From positions 373,171-437,170 of the forward strand of contig NW_008246076.1 of NCBI RefSeq assembly GCF_000281045.1: a DNA stretch of 64,000 nt, given 5' to 3'. Positions 21,724-33,800 of the stretch are shown here, in pieces. The notes beneath the pieces are model-generated. The model had not been told where the DNA came from. It saw only the letters and a program-made list of their open reading frames with translations, and did not search any database. The first letter of the stretch is position 1. Every line of letters starts with the position of its first letter. A program made the position numbers and the translations under genes. This DNA is from Saprolegnia diclina VS20. Lineage: Eukaryota.

Positions 21724-23892
21724 TTACGTCCAGAGACGGAACGTGCAGTCGGAGCTCGCACTCGCCATGTAGCGCCCGACCGGATCAAACTTGACCGACT
21801 AGAAACCACGCAAAATACATCAGAAAATATAAGAAAAACATATAAGAATATAAGAAACTCAGACGAGCACGTACCTGGACGGGGCCGTTGTGGCCGCGGA
21901 GCTCCGAGATGAACTCGAACGTCTTGGCATTGCACATCTTGATGGTACCGTCGTCGCTCGCGGCGGCGACAACAGCGCCGCTCTTGTCAAAGGCGACGCT
22001 GTTGAGCGGCTGCTGGCCGCCGTCAATCGTCGCACGCTCAGCCACCATGCGCACGTCCCAGAGCTTGATGAAGCCGTCGGCATCGCAGGATGCGATCGTA
22101 TCGCCCGTGATCGAGAACGCGACGCTGTTGCACGTGTTTTGGTGGCCGTAAAAGGTCTGGACGCAGAGCCCCGATCTAATAATCGACTACTAAGTCTCCA
22201 TATTACAGTATCGCAAGTGGAAAAAGTGTACCGAATGTCCCAGATCGAGATGGTCTTGTCGCCCGACCCGGTGCAAATGTTGACCGTATACGGCTGGAAA
22301 CAGACGCTGTTGACCGAGTCGACGTGCCCACGAAAGGTTTTGCGGCACTTGCCCGTCGCGAGGTCCCACAACTTGCACGTGTGGTCCATCGAGCACGACG
22401 CCAAGAAGTCGCCGTCGTGGTGAAATGCACTTTCCCACACCTAATAGATAAAAAATGAAAGTGAAAATGACCCACTTTGTCGACAAATAAAGGAGTACCG
22501 GGTGCGCGTGGTCTTGCAGCGTCAGCGTGCACGACGCCGAGACAAAGTCCCAAATCTTGACGGTGTTGTCCCCGGACGAGGTGGCAATGTGCGTTCCGCG
22601 CGGATGAAACTCGACGTTGGCGATCCAGTCACGATGGCCTTCGCCGCTCATGATGAGTTCGCAGTTGGGCATCGACCAGAGCTTCCACGTCTCGTCGTCC
22701 GAGACGGTCGCAACCACCGGGTTCTTTGGGTGGAACGCCACGGCGGCAATCGAGTTGAGGTGGCCCTGGAACGTCTTGACAAGCTCCACGCGCTTGATCT
22801 GAATCGGGTCAAAGCGCTTGTCTGCGTTCGGGTTTGCAGCGTTCTCGGCCGGCAGCTTGGTGTCCGTCTTCTTCTTTTTCGTTCCACCGAGGACCGACTT
22901 GGCCGGCGACGACTTGGAATTGGCAGATTTCGAGTCCTTTTGCTCGAGTGCGCGCACTTGCGCCTCCTAGTTGATCGCTTCAGACTGTAGGATTCTTCGA
23001 GTTTTGTCAAATCGACGCACCAAGGCGTCGGCTTTGGCCATGCAACGGTCGCGCTCGAGGCGCATGAGCATCTTCTCCTTCATTGCGACCTCGTACTTGG
23101 ACCGAAGCTCGGCGAGGAGCGGCTCGTACGCTGCAATGTTTTTGCGAAGCTTCTTGATCTTGTCCATGAGGAGGTTCTTCTCCTGCACGACGCGCTGGTG
23201 GTGCATCTTGTGGACGTCGCGCTGATGGCGAAATTTGTCCCAGGTCCCTACAATCACCTAGCTTTTCGTACAGAGACACTTCGAGTCGGCTAGCACCTTT
23301 GGCCTTTTCCGTGATTTTCTTGGTTTCATCAAGCTGCTTGCGCAAGGCTTTGACCTACAAGAGCCATCGTCGGCCCAATTTCTCCCAATACACGAGGTAC
23401 TTGGTCGTCGAGCGCTTGGTTGCGCAGGTAGATGTCGGGCACGACGCCAATGTCCTCTTCCTTGAGCTTGCCTTTGGCCATGAGCTCATACCACTCGGTG
23501 TTGAACGTGTCGAGTGTGCGAGGCATGGCGATCTTGATGAGAAAATTGCGAATGAAATCGTCGACGACCGACGGGCGGACTTGGGTGCTCATGGCCATGG
23601 GCCGCGCCGGCGCCGCGAGGGCATGGCTGCCTTTTTGGATCGGCGACGGCGCCTTCTCGATAACGACGTCATTCGCTTCCGGCGCCTTGTTGAGGTTGCG
23701 CAGGACGGTCTGGAAGTCCTCCTCGTCGTCGTCCTCGTCGTCGTCGAGCACATCGACGTTCGTGTACTGAAAGTCGTCTTCGTCGTCCGAGAGCTCCATC
23801 TTCTCGAGCTTGAGGAGGTCGTCGTCGGTCAGCGACTTGCGCTTCGTCAGCGTTGCGCCATTGTTGTTGCTCGGCTTGGCCTTGGTCGCCAT
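21724..23892 (-). CDS. SPAG16: SPAG16/PF20 flagellar central-pair WD40 protein (multi-exon)
   Basis: RPSVVDDFIRNFL...FNTEWYEL, RDVHKMHHQRVVQEK and KYEVAMKEKML, then WD40 repeats ending SASSDCTFRLWT-stop. Confidence 0.88.
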
Positions 23893-24048
23893 CGCGGCTA
23901 CACACAACTCCCACGTCTCTTCAAGATCGTCCGGATACTGTGCCACCACACCATTTACACTGTACGTGGAATAGTGTTATAGACTTGGGTAGGTGCGACG
24001 CGGTTAAGAGCGCTTTTTCAACCAATCGCAAGCGGCGGATTCTTGCCG

Positions 24049-24834
24049 ATGCTCCGCCAGGCCAAGCAAGCGCTGCCACCGCGGCCCCGCGGGCTCTCGC
24101 CGCTGCAGGCGGCCTTGTACGTGATCCAGACGCGGTCGAGGCTGCTAAGCGCATGGCTGCTGGACGTCATGCCAGGCTTGCCGCCGCCGCCGCTGACAGA
24201 CGAAGAGAAGAAGGCTGAGGCGAAGAACCAGTTTGTTGACCTCTGGACACTGACGCTGGCGGACCACCGCAGGCTATGGCACGAGGCGTGGAAGCAATAC
24301 AAGGGCTCGTTTGGCCCCGAGAAAACGGCGTCCAAGGATCTCACGGTGGCGCTCACCGCCAAGGGCCACGAGGTCAAGAGCTCCGTCGACACGCATCTCG
24401 CGACGCATCACCCCGAGCTCAAGGCAGAGATCGACACGTGGAGTGGCCAGGTCTCGGAGAAGCTCGTCGTCATGCAAAGCGAGGCCAAGAAACACGCGGC
24501 CGAAATGCAGGTCCAAGCGCAAGCACTGGACGTGGAGAGAATCCCCGAGCACGTGGCCGACGCCGTGGCGTCCCTCAAGCAGCGCAACGTTGTCGACGTC
24601 AAGCGAGACATGGAAGAGTGGGCCATCGACAAGCTCCTCGTGGGGCGGCTCACCGTCATGGGGTTTGTCGAGGGCTACCGCGCCGGCAAGGACGAGGAGA
24701 TGGCGCGGGATACCCCGCTGCTCAAGACGCTGGCCGAACAAGCGACCGCCAAGCACAAGGATGAGATCGAAGCCCGAAAAGCGCAATTCCTCAAGCTCGT
24801 CCACGAATTTGACGCCAAAGAAAAGCTGAAATAA
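24049..24834 (+). CDS. Hypothetical helical protein (~261 aa)
   Basis: Intronless ORF with host-like codon usage and an Arg-rich N-terminus; no family recognised. Confidence 0.65.
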   Translation: MLRQAKQALPPRPRGLSPLQAALYVIQTRSRLLSAWLLDVMPGLPPPPLTDEEKKAEAKNQFVDLWTLTLADHRRLWHEAWKQYKGSFGPEKTASKDLTVALTAKGHEVKSSVDTHLATHHPELKAEIDTWSGQVSEKLVVMQSEAKKHAAEMQVQAQALDVERIPEHVADAVASLKQRNVVDVKRDMEEWAIDKLLVGRLTVMGFVEGYRAGKDEEMARDTPLLKTLAEQATAKHKDEIEARKAQFLKLVHEFDAKEKLK

Positions 24835-24895
24835 CAGATGCCACAAGGCCAAAAAGTGCAATGTTATCAAAAGTATCAAGGTATCAAGACCCGAG

Positions 24896-27800
24896 TTAAT
24901 ACGGCTTGTGGAAGGCGCAATGCGTGGAAATGTCTTGGCGGCACGTCGGGCACTTGTTGCGCGGGAACCGACCGACGCACGCGCTGCAAAACACGTGGCC
25001 GCAGGGCACGAGCACACGGTTGACGTCGTTCTCAAAGCAGACCGAGCACGTCATGGCCTCGAGCACGTCCTTCTTCTCGGCCAGCGCCTCCTCAATGCGC
25101 TCGGACGCAGCGCGGTAGCTCTCTTCCGCGTGCGCCAAACGCTGCTTGAGCCGCAATGTCTCTTGAAGAAGGGCTTCGTACGGCGCGCTGAGACTCATGT
25201 TGACGCGACCGAGGAGCTCGTTGACCGCGTCGAGTACCTGCGTCTCCGAGACAGGTAGCGATGGCACCGACGACGGCATCGACGTCACAGCCGCCGTCTG
25301 CACCGCCGCCGTCGTCGGCGTCGCCGTGGCCGCCGACAGCGTTGTCGACTGCCGCACAGATTGAAACGAAAACACTTGGGTCGACGGCAGCCACGTTGTC
25401 GTATGCTTCGTGTCGACGCACAACTGGACTTGCTTGAGCCCGCCGGTGGATTGTTCGGCGAGTACCGTCGCGTAGACGTGTTCGTGGTTGCTGCCTTCGA
25501 TTGCGACCACCTCGCCCGGCAAGAACGACCGCAACGGCTTGAGCTCGAGGGCCAGCATGTCGACGTCGCAGAGCGGTGCGCCAGGCACCCCCCGTGCTTG
25601 CAAGACCCGGCGACTGCCAACGCGGAGATACGCAAGCGTCTGCGGAATGTCCGAGCTCTCGAGCATCGCGAGGACGGGCGCGCAGTCGAGTAAAGCGTGT
25701 GGCATCGACTGCTGAATGCAGAGCGCGACGACATGCGACAGGCTCAGCGACCCGGGCGTCGTCACATAGAGCACCTTGGCCGTCTCGTCGATGAAACAGA
25801 GGCTCGACGGGTCTTTGGTCACATCGAGCCGCCCGTTGCGCACATAGAGACGCGTTGCAAGTGTTTCGACCGCACAGATCGCATGCTCGCGGAAGCGCAG
25901 GACGATGTCGTCGTCACTGCCGACACACACGGCGGCGAGGCCACGCCCAAAGGCGTCCGAGCGCAACACGGCCGTCATCGCGGTGGTGTCGACCGTGGGC
26001 ACCAAGGCTTCCCCTGGACAGAGCTCTTCAACCACGAGGTCGGACAGGCTCGGGACGTGCAGCGCGCGCACCACGGCATCAGTGACCATGCCATGGACAA
26101 CGTGGATCGACGCGAGCTGCATGTGCATGCGCAATGTGAGCCGGCGTGCGGTCGCATCGTTGGCGACACACAACTGCAACGGCACGAGCTCGTGTGTCGT
26201 CGTTGGCAGCATGAGCGGGTGCGACAACGTTAGCTCCGTCTCGGCGACCAACGTCACCATCTTGACGACGGCGCGGAGCTCGTTGAGGTTGAGCACCATG
26301 CACTCGGTCGCGAGCTCGGCGAGGAGCTGCGCATAGTCGTTGGCGGACGGCGACTCTTTTGTGCCAAGGCGTTGAAACAAGTGGTCGTACGCACCAAAGG
26401 CGCGGGGCACTTCAAAGAGGAACGGCGCGAGGTTCTCCTGGAGACGCACGTAGACGCGACTGGCCTTCACAAAGCGCGTGCCAATCGGCAGCAAGGGCAG
26501 TTCGCAGAGTCGCGACTGCATCGCGTGCCCGAGCGTGTCCCAGTGCGCATCACAGTACGCAAACAGCTTTTGAAAGAGCTCCAAGACGGACGTGGCGTGC
26601 GACCAGTCGTCCAGCACAGTGGCGTTGCTCGTCACGCGCTCGAGCGTCAAGAGCACATCGGTCGCCGGTGGCGGCGAGACGACGTCGAGGCGGCGCCAGA
26701 GCACGCGGGGTGGCACCGCATACGCCAGCGCGATCGGCTTGGAGAAGAAGACGACGGCTTCATCCGACGGCACGGCGCAGTCGCAGTACCGCGTCAAGAT
26801 CGTGCGGTCGGGCCCACTTAGCGCATGCTCGATCGCCGGGACAAACGCGATGGACGCGAGCTCTTCGAGAAACGAGCGCGCGCGCTCGTACTTGTCGTAG
26901 TGACGCGCAAAGGCTTCGTGGAGGGCCAGCGCGCCCGCTTCGTGCTCGGACGAGAGCGGGGTCGGCCACGACGCCACGTGGTTCGCACAGCGCGCAAAGA
27001 CCGCCGTCGAGAGCTCATACGTCATGCCGAGCGCATGCAAAATGTCGAGCCACTCGGGTGTCGCGTACGCCGGCGCCGGAAACGACTCGGGGAACGACGG
27101 TAGCAAGACCGACGCCAGAACCGGGTGCGTCGGGTCGAGGAGCGTCGACGCTGGCACAATCAAACCGTCGCGCGTCGAAAAGAGCGGCGTCGACTGCAGA
27201 AACGCTACGAGGGATGCATTGCGCTGGAAGACCGACCACTTGCGCTGGATCGTGTCGAGGAGCGCAGTGCGCTGGACCGCGTCAAATGCGTCGAAGCGAC
27301 CAACGACAAACTTGGCGACCATGTCGGCTTCGGTGAGACACGCGACATCGAGCTCCTTGAAGAATGCGAGCAGCGACGGCCGAGGCACGTGCAGGAACGA
27401 CTGCTTGGTGTGCTCGGGGAGGTACGCTGGAAACCCGATGACCGACTCGTCGACAAGGTAGTATGTGTCGTGGCTCAGAATGCACTCGTCGCCCAAGAGC
27501 GAGTAGTAGAGCGGAAGCCCCCGGAGCTGGTCCTTTCGGCGCTGGTTGAAGCCGCCGTAGAGCGTCCCGTGGTCGGCAAAGTACGCAACGAGTTCTTCGC
27601 GGTCGGCTTGCGACGCCATTGGCCATTGCAGGCGACCGGCGTGGGACCACTTGAAGAGACCGCCGAGGATCATGAGCGCCGCGTCACTGGGCCGGACAAG
27701 CCACTCGTGGTGCTGGGCCTCGGGAACAAAACCAAGTTCGAAAATCGGAACGTCGAGGCGCGCCAAGAGCGGGTGCAGCCGCCGCGTGCCTTCCGACTCG

Positions 27801-30800
27801 GAGATGACGCCATCTTCGTCATCGACAGTTGCCTCGTCTTGCGCTGTCGAGACCGCCTCGTCGTCGACGGCCAACGAGATCCCCGCAGCGTCAACCGTGG
27901 CCTCCGACGCCGGAACGTTGTCGCTGTCCTCGGCTTCGCCGTCGGCTTCATCCCCCTCGAATTCTTCGTCCTCGTCCTCGTCCAAATGCAGCTCTTGCTT
28001 GGCGAGCGCATCCATGACGTGGCGTTCGTGGAGGTATGCAGCATGCTGCGCGTCATCGTCGGCGATTGCAACCTGCCGCTGCCGCGCAATCGACGCCGCA
28101 AGCTCCAAACTCGCGCTCCCGGGCTTGAGTACGAGCACGTCGTCCATGTAGCGACACCGAAGCAGCTCGTTCTTGCCAGCAATCGGGAGCAATGGCCATG
28201 CATGAAAGAGCTGGGCATGCTCCTTCTTGCCGACTTCCTTCCAAAACCGGCCGAGCCAGAGCGCAGAGACACCCACGTCCTGGGACGGCGACCACACGAC
28301 GCGGTCCTTGTTGCGCCACGCTGGCGGGAGCTCACTCGCAATGTGCTGCGAGAGAAACGTCACTGAAAACGGCGCCGCGCCCAGTGCAGTGATCAGACGC
28401 ACGTTTTCCAAGTCGAACGCGCGGCAAAACTCGAGCGCAAGGAACCGGCTGCGCATGCTCGGCAAAAGAAGCTGCTGGTCGAGCGTCGCCACAATGAACG
28501 GTTCGGCCGCGATCGCTGAAAACAAGCTGGCTTTCGGCACCGTCCCGACCGTCCCATCGGCGAGCGCAAGCACGGGCAAGCCTGCAAGCTCCCCGTACGT
28601 CATAGGTGTCAAATCGCGCAAGCAGTAGGCGAGCAGGTCGTGGCACAGCCCGACGTGCAGCGACGAGGCCGCGACGCGCTTGAGCCACTCGCGCAGCACG
28701 CGCGGCGTAAAGAGGCGCGGCGTCGACTGCATCGTCGTGGTCGCGGCCACGACGCTCGAAGGTACTGTAAACATGGGAAAGTGCAGCCGCGCATACGCTG
28801 CGACTTGAAGCGGCATGGTCGGCTCCATGAAATAGCCGTCCGTGAGGCGGCGGTAGCTGCCATCGCCACACAAGAAGAGCTCGAGTTGCGACACCTTGGG
28901 GTGCAAACTGCGCTGCACCAGTCGGCCGAGGTCCGTCGACCGACGCAGGGCGGGCCATGCACCATAGAGCATCCGTGGCACGTTCTAGGGCAGAGACTAC
29001 GTCAACGACCGATTGGACAATGAGAGCTGTACCGCAGCGATGGCGTTGGCCTTGAGCGTGCTCAAGAGCTGCACATAGGCCTCCGTGACCGCGTCCTCCA
29101 ACAGTGTGAGGTTCCACTCGTCCATCACATGGTTCTTGGGCCCTACAGCAGCGCACCGATAACGATGTCTGTGCTTGCAGTCGAGTCGTACCGAGACCGC
29201 GCACGGGCACGTGAAGCGACGGCGCGTCAAGACCAAAGCCCGCATGCACATGCACCGGAAGCCCCGTGTATATGTCGGTGGCAAACGGGGCAAACAGCTG
29301 GCCTCGGACGCGCGGGATAGTCGCGCCGCCCGTCGTGCGCACGAGATGTGCCACGGACGCGTGGGGCGAGAGTGCTGGCACCGCTTTCGCCAAGTCTTGG
29401 GTCCGACCCACGGCCATGTTGGCACTCACACACCAGTGGTGCACGGCCACCTCCTTCTGCGCACTCACCCGGATCGCGACGTCCGAGATCGCGAAAGGCA
29501 GTGTCATCGAGCGCTTAAACACATTGCCAAAGAGGCCTGTCGGCTTTGGCTTGCGCCACTCGTCGTCCTGGAGCAGCGAGAGGCGCTGGCTCAAGACGCG
29601 GTCCGCGTTCTGCAACGCGACGTCGATCGTACATGTCCGGAGCTCTGGTGTCAAGTGCCACAGCGTCAAGTGCCGCAAGTAGGACGAGAAGAGCACCGAC
29701 GTCGGTGCAAACGCATTGGCCGTCGAGAGAAACGAGGCCATGTCCTGGGGTGTGAGCGCGGGCCGCAGCTTGGAATCGGGTGTCGTGCGCAGCGGACACC
29801 GGACGATCGTTCCGCTTTGAAGCGACGGCAGCGACGCAAATGGCGCGAGCTGGTCCGAGAAGCTCGCAAACTCGGGCGTTTGCGTGTTGTAGCGCAGTGT
29901 CGACGCCTGCTCGAGGTACGTGCCACTCGGGTCAATCACGTAAAAGTCCGTGCCGCTCAGCACTTGGATGCAGTCGCTCACAAAGAGACCCGATAGAAGA
30001 CCCGCCGAGCCTTTGCCGTACTTGAGAAAGAGCGTCTCGGGCTGCACTTGGACGTCGTGGAAGTGAAACACGATTGCGTCGCGTTGCAGCGCCTGGAACG
30101 ACGGCCGGCACACCTTTTGGTCGGCATGCGCCCGCGTATCGACTACCACATCGACGCGTGGGCAATGCAGCGCTTCGGATACGTCGAGCATGTCGCGAAG
30201 CAGCTTGGTCGCCCACGATGCGTAATTGGCCTCTGGCAAATGCGCCTTGATGGCGACGAGGTGCGGACACATCATCTTGACGCTGTTACACGACGCGTTG
30301 GCCACCAGTGCGTGTTTGGAGACCGCCCCAAAGCGCAGCGCGACGTGCGGGGCCACACTCGCGTGCACGAACCGCCGACGGCCGCGCTCGCTGGATTTGT
30401 GCCATGCCATGTCATCGACCACGAGCTCGGTTGCGGGCGCCAGCATGCGATCCGTGTCCGGTAGCAAGATGTTTCTGACGCTGTCGGGCGATGCCTGCTC
30501 GAGCAAACCAAGGAGGACGTTGACGAGGGCCATGTCGGACGCTTGCAGCGGCGCATCACGCGGCAGGAACGTCAGTGCACGCGCATAATCGTCCATCTCA
30601 AAGCTCGCTTTGATCGCAAACGCCTCGAGCAGAGTCGACGGCACCCTAGTAGTTGGTGTCACTTAGCACGACTGAAAAGGAACTGAATCGGACGTACCGC
30701 GTGTCGGCGACCGTGACGAGGACGGGGGCGACGGTCTCGGGGCCGTCGTGGGCCACTTGGCAGACGCGCACAAAGCGCATCGAGGTCGTCCAGATCCACG

Positions 30801-33800
30801 GCGACGACGCCAAGTGTGCTTTCCATGTCTCGTCGTCACTCAAGTTGGCAATGCATCCTTCCAGCGTCGCATACACATTGGCCACGCGTTGGTGCAGAAA
30901 CGTCGGGTCTTCGAGCGCGACGGCCGACGACGCATGCCGCTCGGCGATGGCCACGAGCTGCTGCGCGAGAACGTCGGCCGAGAGCGTCCATTGACATGCG
31001 TCGCGCAAGACTTTCGAGGTCACGTGTCCGTTCAAAATGCACTTGGTCGCCGAGCCGTACCACTAGACAAACACCACGTCATGATTTCTCTTTGATCACG
31101 TGATACCTACAATCCACTCGGGCGGCCACGTGGCGTGCGGCGACGCAACTCCACCGGTCGCGACTGTCCACGGCAACACGTCCAACGGGCGCGCTGTCTG
31201 GATCGGAAGCCAAGCCACGGCACAGAGCGCCGCGATCGTCTCGCTGTCCTTCTCGGGGGCAAACACGGCATCGAGGTGCTCGTTGACGACGCCGAGGAGG
31301 TGGACCGCTCGCATCGTGTCCGGCGCGTTCTCAATGCTGCGAGCGCTCTCGAGCATGGCGAGACACGAGATTGACTGCTGCAGCCCCATGTCCTTCATCA
31401 CTGCCAATTGCGCCGCCAGCAGCGGTGTCGGAAAGCTCGATGGACCCAGAAGACCTTGGAGGGCGTCCGACGTCGGGTCGTGGAGCTCGTGCAGGGGCCG
31501 GTGCGCGCTGCTTGCATCGGCTGTCGGGACACGAACCGTCTCGCGGAGCCGCTTCTGGACGGCCGGGGCCATGCTTGCGTACCGGAGAAACACTTCTTTG
31601 ACCAAGAGCTCGATCTGGAGCGTCTCATCAAAGAACGTCAAGTGCGGCAACACGTGCTCGAGAAGCGCGTCGTCGTGCGTCACTTGGGCGACCCCCGCGG
31701 CCAAGCAAAAGGCGCGCTCGTCTGAAGACGCCAGAGACAGCAGCGGCGGGGGCGCGTAGGCAAAGCCACTGGGCGGCAGCAGGTAACTCGCGCTGTCTAG
31801 TGCCACAAGCGTGCTCGCACCGCCCAGCGTCGAGAGCTCAAAGATCGGTAGCGATCGCGCCGTTGCCTGGTTGGCCGGCGACAGCGTCTCAAAGTCGGCC
31901 TCGACCAACAGCGCCCGAAACGCACGTGCGACCGGCAGCGGGATGGCTGCGATCGCCGTGCCGCGACTAAAGAGGCTCAAGAGACCCGACGCGTCACACG
32001 CAAACGCAAAACCCGACGACAGCATCCACGACGGACACCGCTCGTTGGGGAAGAGCGACGTGTCGAGTACGTACAAGTCGTGGTCCTTGAGAAAGTCCAA
32101 GATACTGTCGCGGTCGCCGCGCAACCCTTGGAGCGACGAGAGCACGGGAGTGTCCAGCGGCATGAGCGCCGTGTTGGTGGGGTTGATGCGTACGGGCTTG
32201 ATCGGCCACTCCAGCAGCGACGTCGGTACGTCATTGCCGTTCGAGACCTGGTCGTCCACGTAGCTCCAGAGCGCCTTCCACCATGTCATCGGGCGGCTCG
32301 GGTGCGCGACGAACGGTACACGCGGCTTTTGACGCCACGCCGACGGAAAGAGCGACGACGCAATCGCCCCAAGCTCGTGCAGATCAAAGACCTTGACGTT
32401 GGCGCTAGTCACAAAGCCGGGCAGCGCCCGCAAAACGCCGCCGCAGAGCTCCATGTTGAGCACACGGTGCGGGCACATGCCTTCGAGGAGCGTCTGCTCG
32501 ATCGACGAGCAGACATAAACCGCGTCGCCTTGACCGCGGAGAAGAATGGGTCGCACGCTTTGATCCCGCAGCACAAGAAGTGGCAGCGCGTGGAGCATCT
32601 CGAGCTGGGCTTCGTCGCGAATGTCATCGACGCAGAGCTTGACGAGCGCCGGCACCAGCTGCGGCGGCAACGTCTGCAGCCGAATGCGCTCGGCCTGGAG
32701 GAGCTGGCGGAACGTACTTGGCGTCGTTGCCCCGAGGAGCACATTCTTCTCAAGCAAGAGCGCGTGCAAAGGCGGTGGAAACGACGCGTACGAGAGACCA
32801 TGCAGGCGCAAAATCTCCATCACTTCGGTCGCCCGCGCCGACGGCAACGCCGGGTCCAGGGCGAGGACCACGTTGAACGGCACATACGCTCCCGACGTCT
32901 CGCAGTACACGAGCTTGTTGGCGCCGACGCGGGCGTAGAGCGTGTCGACGACCGCGGACCACGGCGACGGCGGTCGCTGGGGCGGAAACAGCGCCAAATA
33001 GTGGTCTTTCGAGACCATGGCTTGCACGTGCAGCAGCAGCGAGAGGTACGTCGGCGCAACTGCGTCCACAAGAAGCGCCTTGTTCCACTCGGAGCGCATG
33101 CGTCCTTCGCCCGTCATGTCATCTACACCATATCAATTCGCCTCACAACATAGAGGAGCGAGGACATACCGCCGTGCCAAATGTCACGCCGATTCGATGA
33201 GAGCTCAAAGTACCCGTTGATCTAGATGCAATCCATGGGGTTTCCTCATTCTCAACTCGTCAAGGTACGGACGTACGTGCACGGGAAGACCGACTTTGAC
33301 AGGCAGCGGTAAAAAGCAAAACGCACGGCCGTCGAGCGGCGTTGGCACAACATCCAAGCGTGCTGCAATCCCCACATATGGAATGAGCTTGAGCTCGGGG
33401 TGCGCGAGCGCCATTGCCTTGGCGCTGCCCGCGCCCATGCCGATGGCCATGAGGTAGTTCTCAGTCACCGGCGCCGCATTCCCCGGCTCGGAAAGCGTCA
33501 CGGAAAGCACGTGGTGGTCGATGCTTGGCGCTGCCTGCCGCTGCAACTGGCGATAAAACGCGTCCTTGTTGGCAAACGCGTCCAGCGCGTTCGGTGGGCG
33601 CGGCGGCACGCTGGCTTCATACAAGAGGCGCGGTTCGCTGCCGTCGTCGTCCGTCTTGATGTAGACTGCAATGTGTTCGACGTGTCGCAGAAAGAGCATC
33701 GTGGCGGCCAACGACGACTGAAACTGCGTGATGAGCTCGTGCATATCGTGTTGCGTGTACGCCGACCGCTTGATCTCGCTGTGCATGCCCGTCGTGCGGA

